Part shown: positions 1-11,900 of the stretch, piece by piece
Layout of the letters: each line of letters starts with the position of its first letter
Position numbering within the stretch: position 1 is the first letter of the stretch
Origin: Paramoeba atlantica
Lineage: Eukaryota > Protista > Discosea
NCBI GenBank assembly: GCA_977017575.1
Contig: CDRNVI010000004.1
Span: 656,106 to 720,105 of the forward strand
DNA: 64,000 nucleotides
Reading direction: 5' to 3'
Position numbers and translations under genes: made by a program
Notes under the pieces: generated by a model
What the model saw: the letters and a program-made list of their open reading frames with translations, nothing else
Database searches by the model: none
What the model was told of the DNA's origin: nothing

Positions 1-747
1 AACAACCTCATTGGAACCCCGGATTTTACTCGTCTCCCTCAAACAATGAATGTTCTAGGACTTTCGGAGAACTTGTTTCACGGAGTATTGGACTTCAGTA
101 AGATATCTGACTCACTAAGCGCTATTTGGCTGCAGGATAACGTGGAGCTAGGGGGAATTTTGGGGGAACATGTGATGCCAAAGCGAACAACGTACGATAT
201 GAGAGGAACAAATATTGAGGTTTGGAATGGTAAACGTAAGAGAGATACGACTCGATGGGCAGACGGACGAATAACTTACCAATATTACTGATGAAGCCAG
301 CTTACCAATATTATACTGATGTGTGTCCGGGTGTGGCTGAGTAGGGAAGGGATGAATTTTTCATTCTCATTTTCCTCATTCATTATTTCTCAATGCCTAG
401 ATAATGGCAAAGTCAATTCAATCAAAAAAAAGTCTCTTGCTGTACCCCTCTACCTAAGAGTCCGATTTTGGGCATTTGGACTCTAAAGTGGGGGCCAGCA
501 TTCTTTCATAAAATTTCAATATTGCCGGTTTCTTTTTTTCTCCATTTCTTTCTCTAATTTTTTTCTCTAATGAAGGTCGGCGTATGTGCTATCGATAAGA
601 TAGCAGTGCCGGTAGAAATGGAAAACGAAAACTGGATGAGTTGCGCCGCGAAACGGCAAGGTTTTTTTACAGTGAGGAACAATTTTCAGACCCACGAAAA
701 ACAATTCAGGCGCCCCCTCTTACTTCGTTTCTGCTTAAAAGGGGCGA

Positions 748-1274
748 AGGGGGTTGCAGCTGAATCTGGGAGGGGTCTAAAATTTGTAAAACCTGGCCAA
801 TTTTAGAAAATCATAGCGCATTGGACAGCTCTCGCAAATCCCTCTGGTGGAAAATACGTCGTTTCCCGCCGTTTCGAGCCTTACCGTTTTCATAACGAAA
901 ATGCAAAAAGAAAACTAGCAATGTTACATAATTTTTGTATTTTTGGCATGTTGTTTTACGTTCTTTCAGTATCCGTGAATGAAAGGTGAGTCCATTCACC
1001 AGGAGGTGTCTTAAAAGGCTCATTGCCATTCAGTGGGCAACCGATGGTAGAATGCGTTGTCTGGAGAGGTACGCCAAAACAGGGTCTTATTCTGAGGTAA
1101 GCTGTGCAAAAGACCTTGCAATTGACGTTTTCGACCTTATCCACGCTATGCAAGATGTGGAAAACGATGGAAAACGCACTTTCCACCCGAGGGATTCGCG
1201 AGAGCTCTCGAATGCGCTATTATTTTCTAAAGTTTACAAATCTTAGACCCCCCAGATTTAGCTGCACCCCCCTG
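748..1274. mobile_element. Non-autonomous Tc1/mariner-type MITE (CAGGGG-TIR family)
   Basis: Imperfect ~120-bp inverted ends (GGGGTTGCAGCTGAATCTGGGAGGGGTCTAA... vs ...TTAGACCCCCCAGATTTAGCTGCACCCCCCTG-TA) with the GAGAGCTCTCG motif shared with the TIRs of the Tc1 element at 43338-44855. Confidence 0.65.
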
Positions 1275-1435
1275 TATTAAGGGGGGGTCACAGTAACTAA
1301 CACATTATTTACCACATTACCAGATACATGGTATGCGACAATATATCGTAGTCCTACAGCGTTATCTTTGACATTCAAAGTATACCACGAGTAGAATCAA
1401 GCTCCGTATCATCCTATACCCTTATAAAATTAACC

Positions 1436-2938
1436 ATGTTCCACTCCCGAAGTGTTGTACAACCAGGTGACATCCTCTTTCTCTCCTCTGGCTACAACTT
1501 CGTCCACTGCGTTGAGATCCCTGTTCCGACCTCACCGCCCTCCACCTCCCCGGACGCCGTACACATCCGGGGCTGTACCCTCCCCTACTCCCGGCTCATC
1601 GGGCAACGCTACGGCACCACTCTGGAGGTTTTCCCCTCCGTATCCACAACCTCCCAACGTCACCCCTCTCGACGTCGCAAAGTTGTGGTTTCCTCTGTGA
1701 AATCAAAAGACTCAAAGACAACAATGAAACAACAACAACAGCAATCCGCTCCCCCTTCTTCTCAGAACGCGGAGGAGATGGAGGGTGGGACCACAAAAAA
1801 TAAAGAGATCGAGGGTGGGACCATAAAACATAAGCAGATGGAGGGTGAGACCATAAAACATAAGCAGATGGAGGGTGAGACAAAAATAAAGGAGACGGAG
1901 GGTGAGACACTAAAAAATAAAGAGGCAGAGGGTACTACCCCACAACCCAACCCCACAGAGCGTGAGGCTCCGCCTCCGTCTCCCCCCGCCTCCCCCCCTC
2001 CCACGGAGCACGGGGAACACGGGCACGGGACCCCCCCTCCCCCCCCTCCCCCCCCTCCCCTCACCCTCTCCCTCCTGCGCCCCACCCCCCCCCTCTGGCG
2101 CCTCACCCTCCCCCCCCGCACCCAGTTCATCCACGACCGGGACGCCGGCCTCATCCTCTCCGGGCTGCGCCTCCCCCCCGGGGCGGCCGTGCTGGAGGCC
2201 GGCACCGGCAGCGCGGCCCTCACCCACGACCTCGCGCGCGCGGTCTCCCCCCACGGGGTCGTGCACACCGTGGAGTTCCACCGGGGGCGGCATGAGGCCG
2301 CAAAGGGGGAGGTGGAGCGGCACGGGCTCGGGGGGGTGGTGCGGTGCTACTGGGGGGATGTGATGGCGGGGGGAGGGGGGGGAGGGGAGGGGGGAAAAGA
2401 GGGGGTAGCCCCTGAATGGGGAGAAAAGGCATTGGATGGGATTTTTTTAGATCTCCCCAAGCCTTGGGTTTTTGTGGAGAATCACTCACGAATAGGTGAG
2501 TGGGGGTTGAAACCGGGGGGAATGTTTTGTGCCTTCTCCCCGTGTGTGGAACAGGTGCAAAAGGTGGTGGGGGCACTGAGGAGCCACCCCTTGTTTACGG
2601 AGATTCGGGTGTGTGAGTGTCAGCCGCGGTTTTATGACCCCATGGTGCGGAATGTAAAATCGAGGAGTTGTCTTTCGGAGGAGAGAGTGGGCGAAAGTGG
2701 AAAAGACATCTCCATGGACGAAAGAACGACGGGTAGAAGGGGTTCAAAACGTGGTAAGGATTCCGATGAAGAAGAGTGTGACTCGTTTGTAACGGACGAA
2801 AAAAAGGGCTTCTTTTCGGAGAAAGGGTCACATTCTGAATCAAGGTCCACTGGAGTGTTAGTTCCACGGAACGGCACGATTGCGCACACGGCTTTCTTGA
2901 TTTTCGCCAGGCGGACTATCGAATATCAGAGTGCATAA
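1436..2938 (+). CDS. TRM61: tRNA (adenine-58-N1)-methyltransferase catalytic subunit, GCD14/TRM61 family, with a long low-complexity insertion
   Basis: Motifs LPPRTQFI, VLEAGTGSAALTH (SAM binding), VHTVEFHRGR, DGIFLDLPKPW and FCAFSPCVEQVQ match GCD14/Trm61. Confidence 0.92.
   Translation: MFHSRSVVQPGDILFLSSGYNFVHCVEIPVPTSPPSTSPDAVHIRGCTLPYSRLIGQRYGTTLEVFPSVSTTSQRHPSRRRKVVVSSVKSKDSKTTMKQQQQQSAPPSSQNAEEMEGGTTKNKEIEGGTIKHKQMEGETIKHKQMEGETKIKETEGETLKNKEAEGTTPQPNPTEREAPPPSPPASPPPTEHGEHGHGTPPPPPPPPPLTLSLLRPTPPLWRLTLPPRTQFIHDRDAGLILSGLRLPPGAAVLEAGTGSAALTHDLARAVSPHGVVHTVEFHRGRHEAAKGEVERHGLGGVVRCYWGDVMAGGGGGGEGGKEGVAPEWGEKALDGIFLDLPKPWVFVENHSRIGEWGLKPGGMFCAFSPCVEQVQKVVGALRSHPLFTEIRVCECQPRFYDPMVRNVKSRSCLSEERVGESGKDISMDERTTGRRGSKRGKDSDEEECDSFVTDEKKGFFSEKGSHSESRSTGVLVPRNGTIAHTAFLIFARRTIEYQSA
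1766..1935 (+). repeat. 30-bp coding tandem repeat (EMEGGTTKNK-like, about 5-6 units) in TRM61
   Basis: Repeated GAGATGGAGGGTG(G/A)GACCA(C/T)AAAA units. Confidence 0.8.
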
Positions 2939-3077
2939 TTGAGAAACGTGCTGTATGTTGGATTATTGGCGCTCTGCATTGTGTTAGCTCTTGCGCTCTC
3001 GTTTTTGTTATGGTTATTTTCGACGTTTCACTTGTTTTCCCCTCGACGTTTTACTATCATTTAATAGAATGAACATC

Positions 3078-3158
3078 GCATGACTACGGACTATTAGCAT
3101 GACTACATAGCATGACTACGGACTATTAGCATGACTACATAGCATGACTACGGACTAT
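3078..3158. repeat. Short tandem repeat of GCATGACTAC units
   Basis: GCATGACTAC occurs 5 times, alternating with GGACTATTA and ATA spacers. Confidence 0.8.
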
Positions 3159-3401
3159 TGCAGCGAATGTTGAAATACAAAATTCTTTGAACAAATGCCT
3201 AATCAAATTAATAATGTCAAATGCTCAAGATTTTAGAATACGCTTATAAACCCCTCCGCACCAATAAGGCACCCACCCTTAACTTTCAGCCAAATGTCCG
3301 TTTGGGCTGATTTTTGTTGCATTTTGCAGATCTCAACATAAAGAGTTTGCGCGTGAAGAAATGAAACAAAAAGAAACGAATACGTATATTTTAGAGAATG
3401 A

Positions 3402-3720
3402 TTACCATTTTGTCACCTTTTCTCCGTTACTCGCCACACAAGCTTTGAGGCGAGCATCTAAGCTCAAGACCCAATTATAAATATAATCTTGAGACAATTT
3501 ACGCCAAGCTTTACGTACGCTTTTTATGAGATCTTCTTTATTTGCCGGATTGTATTCATCTACAAGACTTTGTACCATGCTCCACACGTTTTCTATTGGT
3601 GAGAGATCGGGGGAGTTGGGTGGCCAATTTTTCAAAAATTTCATTTTGTTGTCATCAAGGTACGTTTTTGTTTCCTTCGCAGTGTGAGGTGTTGCCCCAT
3701 CTTGCTGAAAAATACAGTTT
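3402..3720 (-). mobile_element. Tc1/IS630 transposase C-terminal relic (DD35E spacing)
   Basis: Minus strand reads NCIFQQDGATPHTAKETKTYLDDNKMKFLKNWPPNSPDLSPIENVW; 35 residues between D and E. Confidence 0.85.
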
Positions 3721-4089
3721 GGGGTGAATGGTACTTTTTTTAATGTTTTAATGTACGAAACACATGTAATTGAGTTGGATGGAAGAATAACAAAGTGTCT
3801 TTGGATTCTTTTTTTACTTCAGGGCTCAGAGTGTAAAGAATTTCAGGCGAATTGTTTTTCCAATATGTTTCACATTGACATTAAACCCGCGGGCTAGTTA
3901 CCTTATCGCAACCCCGTGGCCAAGCCTCATGCGCCATAACACTTTTCCACTTTCTGTAAGACCACCCCTGGGGAGTCGATACGTATTTTTTGGCATGAAA
4001 AGTGAATTTTTTTAAAACATACATTCAACTTTTTTATATTTTTCGAAATGACCTAAAGACAACGGGAACGTACAGATCTCAAAATTTTG

Positions 4090-4440
4090 CACGATAAAGT
4101 GGTGCGATAACCCCTCTAGCCCCCCTCGTGCGAAAAATAATGGTGGGTGCCTTTTTGATGCGGAGGGGTTTAATAATACTTTTTCCAATGTAAAGTATAT
4201 AAGTAATGATATCTGCATCTCGGTGACTACTGCCGCCACTATACGGTCAACCACAGCAAAGAGTTTATCACGCTCGCAGGCCATCATACAAATCATGCCG
4301 AGGCTGCTCACAAAACCTTTAAACAATGGGTGAAGCAGCAACATTACAATTATGTGGCATCATCTATGGATATCCAACGAAACGTTGCTCTGCAATGTGT
4401 AAAGTTTGGTTATGGTAAAACTGAACGAAAGCAAGCGTGG
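4090..4440 (+). mobile_element. Merlin/IS1595-family transposase relic
   Basis: Frame at ~4215 reads LHLGDYCRHYTVNHSKEFITLAGHHTNHAE (VNH...HTNxxE motif), then MDIQRNVALQCVKFGYGKT, nearly identical to the end of ORF 61776-62312. Confidence 0.75.
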
Positions 4441-5348
4441 CAGATTAGATTTGCGAACTTGTTGCAGTGTATACTGCAGTACTTCACTTCTACTGCAATT
4501 CACTTTACTTCTACTGCAATTTTCTCGATGACGCCAGCGAGAGTTATTGCTCTTGTTCGGGAGATGATCAAGAACTTTCGTCCTGTGAGGAATAAGATTT
4601 TTTATACATAATATGTGCTATGTGAGACTTGAGAATGAAATTTGGCCCGTCCCATAATAAGAAGCATAGTCTGCACATTCCAGAAAATTACATCTTCAGA
4701 AGGAAATTTCTCCTTGTAAACAAGAAAAAAGTCTATCGCAAAGAATGTCAAGCTTGGTGGAGGGAATCATCGCACCTTTTCGTCGCAGACGTGCCCATTT
4801 ATCTACTTTCGGAGACTGCTCTGATAGTTGGGGGGCAAGAGAAGGCTGTGTTGGTTTGGAGATTCGAGAGCTAGAAATTGATTCCAGAGCTGCACGCGCA
4901 ACGAAAGGTGGTATTCTAAAAGGTTTTGAGCTTGAAAGAATTTTTTCGTCATGATCTTGCTTCTGTTTAATTTTCTCTTCTGAAGATGGGACATTACAAT
5001 CATTCCAACTCCACTGGTGACTAGTCAGTGGATTGAAAATTAACTGAGTTGAAATTTTTAAAATTCTTTCGCGGTACCGCTCCCATGTTTTTTCATGAGC
5101 GTAGTAAATAAGATTCATGAATACCGCTCTGGGCACTTTGCTAATGGACGGATATTCAGCCTTCCACTTCTTCAGTGCGCGATGGTAAATTCTCTTAAAA
5201 TCTCTGGAAGAAAAGCCTATTCATTTCAAAGAAAAACTATTTACAAGAGGTGAATTAGACCACGATGGAGGCAAGAATTATTCAACCCTTCATAACAAAA
5301 AGGTGCGATAGATGTAAATTTAATAAACAAGATTCCTCTTCAGAATCC

Positions 5349-5555
5349 CTACCACACCGTGTCCCCCACCTCCATTGCCGCGGCAGCTCTCAACATCTGA
5401 GCGTTTCCGCGCTGGATGGGGACGCCGATGGACATGATGGCGTGCTCCATGAAGCCCGATGGGTTGGTTGCTTGTCTCCCCAATTTACGTAAAAGGGAGA
5501 GTGTCATGTTACCCGGGATTCCGAAGGCCTTAAAGGCTAGCGGGAAGAGGGTCAT
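5349..5555 (-). mobile_element. Divergent 3' fragment of a CRE-clade RLE retroposon
   Basis: FPLAFKAFGIPGNMTLSLLRKLG...IGVPIQRGNAQMLRAA aligns with FYPLAFTVFGVAGKRTVLLLKEIA...INVAVQKGNAAILSSA at the end of ORF 30163-31365. Confidence 0.75.
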
Positions 5556-5791
5556 CCCTTTTTCACTCGCTGTTTTTTAAAATTGTTGATGAAATATTTA
5601 TATTTTTCCTTGTATATCATGCACTTGACTATAGGGAGTACCAGCACCGGGAACGCGATGCATGTCGCAGTTTATAGGTCTGTGGTACGATGTGCTGTGT
5701 AATCATCCACCAAAATCGCAGTCGGCGGTTTATGACCACTGATGTTGTTAATATTTTTTTTTAAGAGATGAGTGAAAAGATGTACCCTGAA

Positions 5792-6399
5792 TTAGTTACT
5801 TCGACGTATACCGCGTGGTTCATGGTGCCCGCTATACCGGTAACTTCCTGTACAATGTAGGACACGCGATTTTGCTGCTTCCTGTGCTGATGAAGTGAAA
5901 ATGATGGTAGGTGGAAGCCGGTAGACCCTTCTTTCTTTTATGTCGTACAGGCGAGCAAGAAAAACGGTAAGAGTTTCCTTGGCATTATTTCCACTCACTC
6001 TTACATTGTGCACACCTTTTGGAGCAAGGGTTCGTTCGCGGACCTCCCCACCGACGCTCAAACCTGTTTCATCTCCGAAAAACGCGTATGAATAGTTTCT
6101 GACACTATGCTGAGTATACAAGTGATTTGCCTATTGCTGTATTCTGTCGGCGATTTTGCTCTGAGATATGTGATGCTTTTCCTGTGATTCAAAAAAAATC
6201 TTAAACTTTTTGTAGATACGCTCTTTTCCCCTATCGGAAGACCTTCTGAGAAAGCGCCATATTTTTGCATGGCATCATGAACCATTTCCTTAGTAATCAT
6301 ACAATGTCTCTGTAATATAGAGCACAATTTCCCGTGCACTTCCCTGTCGTGATTAAATTTCCGCAGCCGCTTACTTTTGCTACCTGCCTTCGTTATCAT
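5792..6399 (-). mobile_element. pogo/Tigger-like DDE_1 transposase relic (frameshifted)
   Basis: FFGDETGL...RTLAPKG...KETLTVFL...LPPTIIF is the pogo DDE_1 signature; the upstream ORF resembles a CENP-B/Tc5 HTH. Confidence 0.75.
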
Positions 6400-7024
6400 G
6401 GCCTTTTTATTTTACCAGCGAAGACATGAGAATAGAGATGCGTCGCCAGTTTTTTTTCACTATTTTCGTTATTTTTCGGAGGTTTTACTGTACCTGTCGC
6501 GACGTATAGTACCTGTATCTAGTTACTGTACCGGGGGGGTACATTAACCCGGACGGGGGTTTATAAAAGTATTTTGACCCCCACTTAATTGTCATAGCCT
6601 AACCCCCCCTACTTATTTGTCCCTTTTTTTCGAAAAACAGGTGACAAATACAGGAAGTGGGGGGGCATGTAAGTGGGGGGGCACAGTATGTGTCACCACA
6701 AGAAAAGGTAAAAAAGGCGTAACTCTGCGAGAGCTCTCTAACGCACTATTCGTGCTCACCCCTGAATACAGACGTACATGTATTGTACCTGGTAGGTTTA
6801 TAAACCCGGAACATGATTTAGTTTTCTAGTTTCTACTTTCCTAATATTTACTACTCTCATTAATAATTACACATGTATAACTCTCTAAAAATATTAAAAA
6901 CGCTTGCGAAACCTCTCGTAAGCGTGTGGTCTGCGACCAACATTGAAGAACATTTTTGTCTTCCAATTATCTCCAAACCATCTTCTAACGAGGTTTTTGG
7001 AGTTTTTCAGTTTCACATTTCAAT

Positions 7025-7654
7025 ATGCTCTGTATGTGTAGCACATTCTTGCTGACAAAGGACGGCGCATCTCGTCCTCGAAAGGTGCATGGCTCTCTGT
7101 TACCACAGGAGTGTACTCTCGTGCGATTCATAAGTAATGTAACCACTTCAGAAAAATCGTGGAGTGAGTCGACACCCGCATGTGAGTGGGACCATGTTGA
7201 GTGTAACAGCGAAATGCAAGTGACTCATCTTCACTGGAATAGCGGATTTCTGGACTCCGACTATCCTTGTGTAGAAGGTACACCGCAGTGGGAACATATA
7301 CCCCGGACACTTGTTTCCTTCGTAGCATATTGGCAGAATTTGACGGGTACTATAAACTTTTCCTTACTTCCAGAGTCGTTAGCGAAGTTCGACGTCAGTA
7401 TGAATAAATTTTATGGATGCATAGATCTTACCGCTTTGCCCAGGGCGCTGGAAATCCTTTCCTTAGATGACAACGAATTTTATGGCGGAATTGAGTTCAC
7501 ACGCCTTCCGGCGTCTTTAAGAAAGCTTGATCTCAGAGACAACTTGTTGAATGGACCATTGGATTTCACAGGAGTTTCAGCTGATCTCAAGATACTTCTT
7601 AGTAGAAATCGTTTTGAAGTACCGGACTTTATTCCAAACGGCGTAGTCTTCTGA
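7025..7654 (+). CDS. Small LRR-family protein, copy 1
   Basis: KVHGSLLPQECTL N-motif, TPACEWDHVEC cap, LxxLxLxxNxFxGxIxLTxLP repeats. Confidence 0.85.
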   Translation: MLCMCSTFLLTKDGASRPRKVHGSLLPQECTLVRFISNVTTSEKSWSESTPACEWDHVECNSEMQVTHLHWNSGFLDSDYPCVEGTPQWEHIPRTLVSFVAYWQNLTGTINFSLLPESLAKFDVSMNKFYGCIDLTALPRALEILSLDDNEFYGGIEFTRLPASLRKLDLRDNLLNGPLDFTGVSADLKILLSRNRFEVPDFIPNGVVF

Positions 7655-8987
7655 TAAATAAAGAAGCGCAGAAGTGTCCAATCTCAGATGTGCAAGTCAC
7701 ATGTTGGGAGTCGAAAATTCGTTCGGGTAGGGCCCAATGAAAATGTATCAAAAAAATCACCTCCATTTTATTTGTGTGAAGTGTATTTATAAGTATTTAT
7801 AAGTGTGAAGTGGATAAGATTGAAAGGCGAAAAAGTGAAAAAAATGTAATTGTACGTCATAAATAATTGGCGTTCTCTGTTGCCCGTTAATAAGCGCGCA
7901 AAGCTCCTACAAAGCTCCTACTGTATTGTGAGATCTGCAAAATTCCACAAAAATTAGCTCAAGCGGATTTTTGTACGAAACAAAAGTGGGGCGGTCACTT
8001 TTCATGACGCGGGGTTTATAATCAAATCAGACATATTGGTAGCGACCAACGCGCCGCGAAGCGGTGCGAAACTTTTTTGACGTGGTCGTAAGATCACGCA
8101 AGATCATGCCCGCAGTCCCTCAATCTATGTCAAAGAAAGTCGTGCTAACTCTAAAAAGATGGTGTGGAACAAAGTAAGAAAAACAGAATGTTTCTTATTT
8201 TTGGTAAAAATGGACGCATATTCGTTCTTTTTCTCTCTCTCGTTGAAGCGACGGTCAATTGAACGTCAAACAGCCCAGACTCAGTTAAACTGCCAGGCAG
8301 TTTGAAAAGAACAGTTAGATGGCATTTTCTTTGATTTTTCTTCTTCGTCAGACAACCCACTTGTTTTTCCATGTTTTTCAAGAGTTCTTACCTTTCGTTT
8401 AGTTTTGCAGAGTTTGTGACGTAGCCTCTTGATAACTGCATCCTTGACACTGATTTTTTTTCTCCAAGGACTTCAATTGAGGGGCTGCGGATATGATCTC
8501 GCATGATCTCACGTGATCTCGTTTTGAGGTCGTCCAACCACTCTCCAGATCCAAGTCCGCTCCCTTTCACTGTACCCTTTCTCTGTAGCCAAATAAAAAC
8601 AAGTCGTGTAGCTCTTTAAAGGTTAGTCCCATTTTGTAGAGTTTTCGGGGGTACCGTAGACCCCCCAGTAGGAGAATCGATTTTCGGTAAAAATGGCCAA
8701 ATCTCTCTTACTGGGGGAGTATGCTTTTTTGGCCAGTTTTCTCTTGTCTCCCAACTTTTTTGACAAATTTCCTAACTACTCACGATATTTACAATACGAT
8801 TATAATTCACCCAAAGTACGTTGCTCATCCAAAGTACGTAAAGTGTGTATTCATAGTACCAACATCATCAGCAGTTCTCCTTGACTTCAACATGACTCTG
8901 AGTTGAATTTTCAGCGCCACAAACGTCTTATCAGGAAAACAGAGTGTATTCGTTCGAGTCATAAAGAGGTATAATTTCGGGGCGAAA

Positions 8988-11900
8988 ATGAGTGAAAATT
9001 CAAGCATGGAGCAATCAAACGCGAAATTCAACGCATCTTCACAGTCAAACGAAGTTGAAGAACTAAAGAACTCACCATCTCAAGCCAACCCCAACGTTAC
9101 GGCTCGATGGAAACAGTTCGTCTCCCGTCCTCGAGGTAATAAGAACACAAATTCTTTGCACAACTCCACCAGTCCTTCGCTACCCGGTCACGAGCCCATG
9201 ACACGCCTCTCTCCTCTCTGCTCCCCCGTTTTCTCCCGTTCTGTAAACCCTCCCATCGAATCCACATGGAGGGCGAGCGCAACCCTCCCTCTATGTCTCA
9301 GCCCACCTTTCGGAAATACCCAACCATCGAATTCATCCACTACCCCACCTACAGAAACCCATTCCCCTATCCCAACGCCCATCTCTCCTAACTCCACCAC
9401 CCAAGCAAAATCTAATTCGGAAATCAACACCTTTTTAGGTTCTTCTTCATCTTCCTCCCCAATCTTTGATCCTAAAAATCAAGCCTTGGGAGCCACCCAT
9501 TCATCCACCACCCAAACAAAACCTATTTCACAAACCCACACTTTTTTAGGTTCATCTTCCTCCCCAATCTTTGATCCTAAACATCAAGCCTTGGGAACGC
9601 CCTCCCTGGGCGCTCTCCACAAAAACAGAACGCCCTCATTACCCTCATCCAACCCCCACCCCTCTGGCGCTCGTCCCCCCGAGCGTAAAACCCAAAACCA
9701 GTGGGCCGGGTTCCAAGTGCGTCAGTGCAACAACTACAACCCCGAGACCGGGATCTGCCTCCACGAGGAGACCCCGATCTCCGTGAAAGGGGGACTCCGG
9801 GGCCACGCGTTCCCCAACAACGTGTGTAAGTACTTCCACAAAGGCCGGGACGGGTCTCGGCCCCGAGGCTTCCATGAGAATCTCGCGCGCGGGATTACCA
9901 CCATGGAGGCCGTGACCCGGGCGTTGGTGGAGAAAGCCCGGGAGAACCTCAGGCTCGGGAAGGGGTACGGTGGGGCCGTGGTTCGTGAGCTGGTGCGACA
10001 CGGGGGGGAGGGGAATGGAAAAGGGGGGGAGGCCACGAAGGTGGGGAGCGAGGGATGGAGGATGACAGGGAGGGCTTGGACAGAGGGGGGGAATGGGGTA
10101 GAAATGCCTTTCTGGGGAGAGGATAAATATGTAGAGGGGAATGCTCAAGGCGTGGAAAATGGTGTGGGGAGTCAAGTTGCGACGTACCCATGTGAATGGG
10201 GATCGCTTCCCCCACAGCCTACTGTCGCCTATTCAGGGGCTGTGGAAGGAGGTGGGGTTCCGATCTTCAGCTCTTTCTCGGGACATGCTCCCTCGCATGG
10301 GGTGAATCCTGGCGATTTTCCCATTTTTTCCGAGGCCTTTCCTTCTGCTGAATCGACCTACTCCCACCATGCCACCACAAATGAGAGTTTTCCCGTCTCC
10401 GACCCTAATCTTTCGTACCTCTTAGCTCTTCGAACCATCGTGCGCGGGAACTCCTGTGACGATGTCATCTGGCTTCACCCCGCCCGAGTAGGGAAGCCTA
10501 TCCCGTGGTATGGATTCTGCACCTCCGACTGCGACCGCTATGAAATCAGTTCTCAGACCTGCCTATTGGAAAAAAACTCTTCCCGACCTGCGGAGAGCTT
10601 CCCAGACAACGCCTGTCTGCGATTTCATCCCCACCGGGACGGTCTAACCCCTCGCACCGTTACCGAGAACCTGGTCTGGGGTCTCACCACACGTGAGCGC
10701 GTGGCCAAGGAAATGATTCGCCTTGCCCTGGCCCACTATCCCCCAGACGCATCGAACCCCAGCGATACCTCAGTAGACGATGGAGAAACTCAAAACAGTG
10801 ATCCCCAAACCACGAACAACAGGGTTGCAACCAAAGTCCCCCCCTTTGCCTCCTCCGCTCTGCGGTACGTGGGCAGGGCGCGCATCCGCACCCCCTCACC
10901 TTGTTTAAGATCCTCTCGCGGATCTTCTTCTTCTTCCCCTTTTTCCTCCACAACCTCTTCCTTTACCAAAAACTCTTCATCTTTATCTTCAAGAGTTCGA
11001 GGCACCATTTCACCAACATCTTCTTCTTCTTCCTCCGCCTTCAAAGAGGATGTCGAAATCCTCATCGACCACGTCGCCCACCAACCCGCAAGCTTTGTCG
11101 TCGCCCTCCTCCGCGTCCTTGGATTCGCCACCCAGGTCGAGCCCATCTGCGCGGCCCAAAACGGACAATTCGCGGTGCGGAGCTCTGCCCAAAACGCCTC
11201 CCTGCTCTCCGGGCTCGACGGGTTGCTTACGCTCCTCAAAGGCCCCTACCCGGACTACGGGGTGTGGCTCCCCCCGTTCACCCTCACCCCCGCGGACAGT
11301 ACCCAGAGTACCCTATACCAACGTCTGCGGTTGGTTCGCCCCCATGACCCCATAAGTGTGGTCGTGCAACTCCCTCGAACAGAAGAGCGTGAGAGCGGCC
11401 AAGGGCTCACCCTGGCCGACATAAATAAAAAAGTCGAGCCCCGAGGCTACGTGGTGGATCCCCATCCCGGGGCCGGGCTCCGTATCGAGCCCTGGCACCG
11501 CCTCGGGGGTTACGCCTCGTTGAAAACAACAACAACAACAAATCAAAAAGGTTTTTCTCTTTTCTCCCCAACCAATCCGAATGGTTTGGATTCACAAAAC
11601 CGGAATTCTTGTTGGGATTCGCAAAAACCAAATTCGAGTTGGGATTCACAAAACAAGAACTCTTGTTGGGATTCACAAAACAAAAACTCTTGTTGGGATT
11701 CACAAGACAAGAACTCTTGTTGGGATTCACAAAACAAGAACTTTGGTTGGGATTCACAAAACTCGAATTCTTGTTTTGTTCCACAAAACCCAAATTCCTG
11801 TTTGGATTCACAAAACCCAAATTCTTGCTTGGATTCACAAAACCCGAATTCTTGCTTGGATTCACAAAACCCGAATTCTTGTTTGAATTCACAAAACCCG

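Noticed and set aside
1452-2576. Pro/Gly-rich alternative-frame ORFs overlapping TRM61
   Set aside because: Shadow ORFs of GC-rich, low-complexity coding DNA
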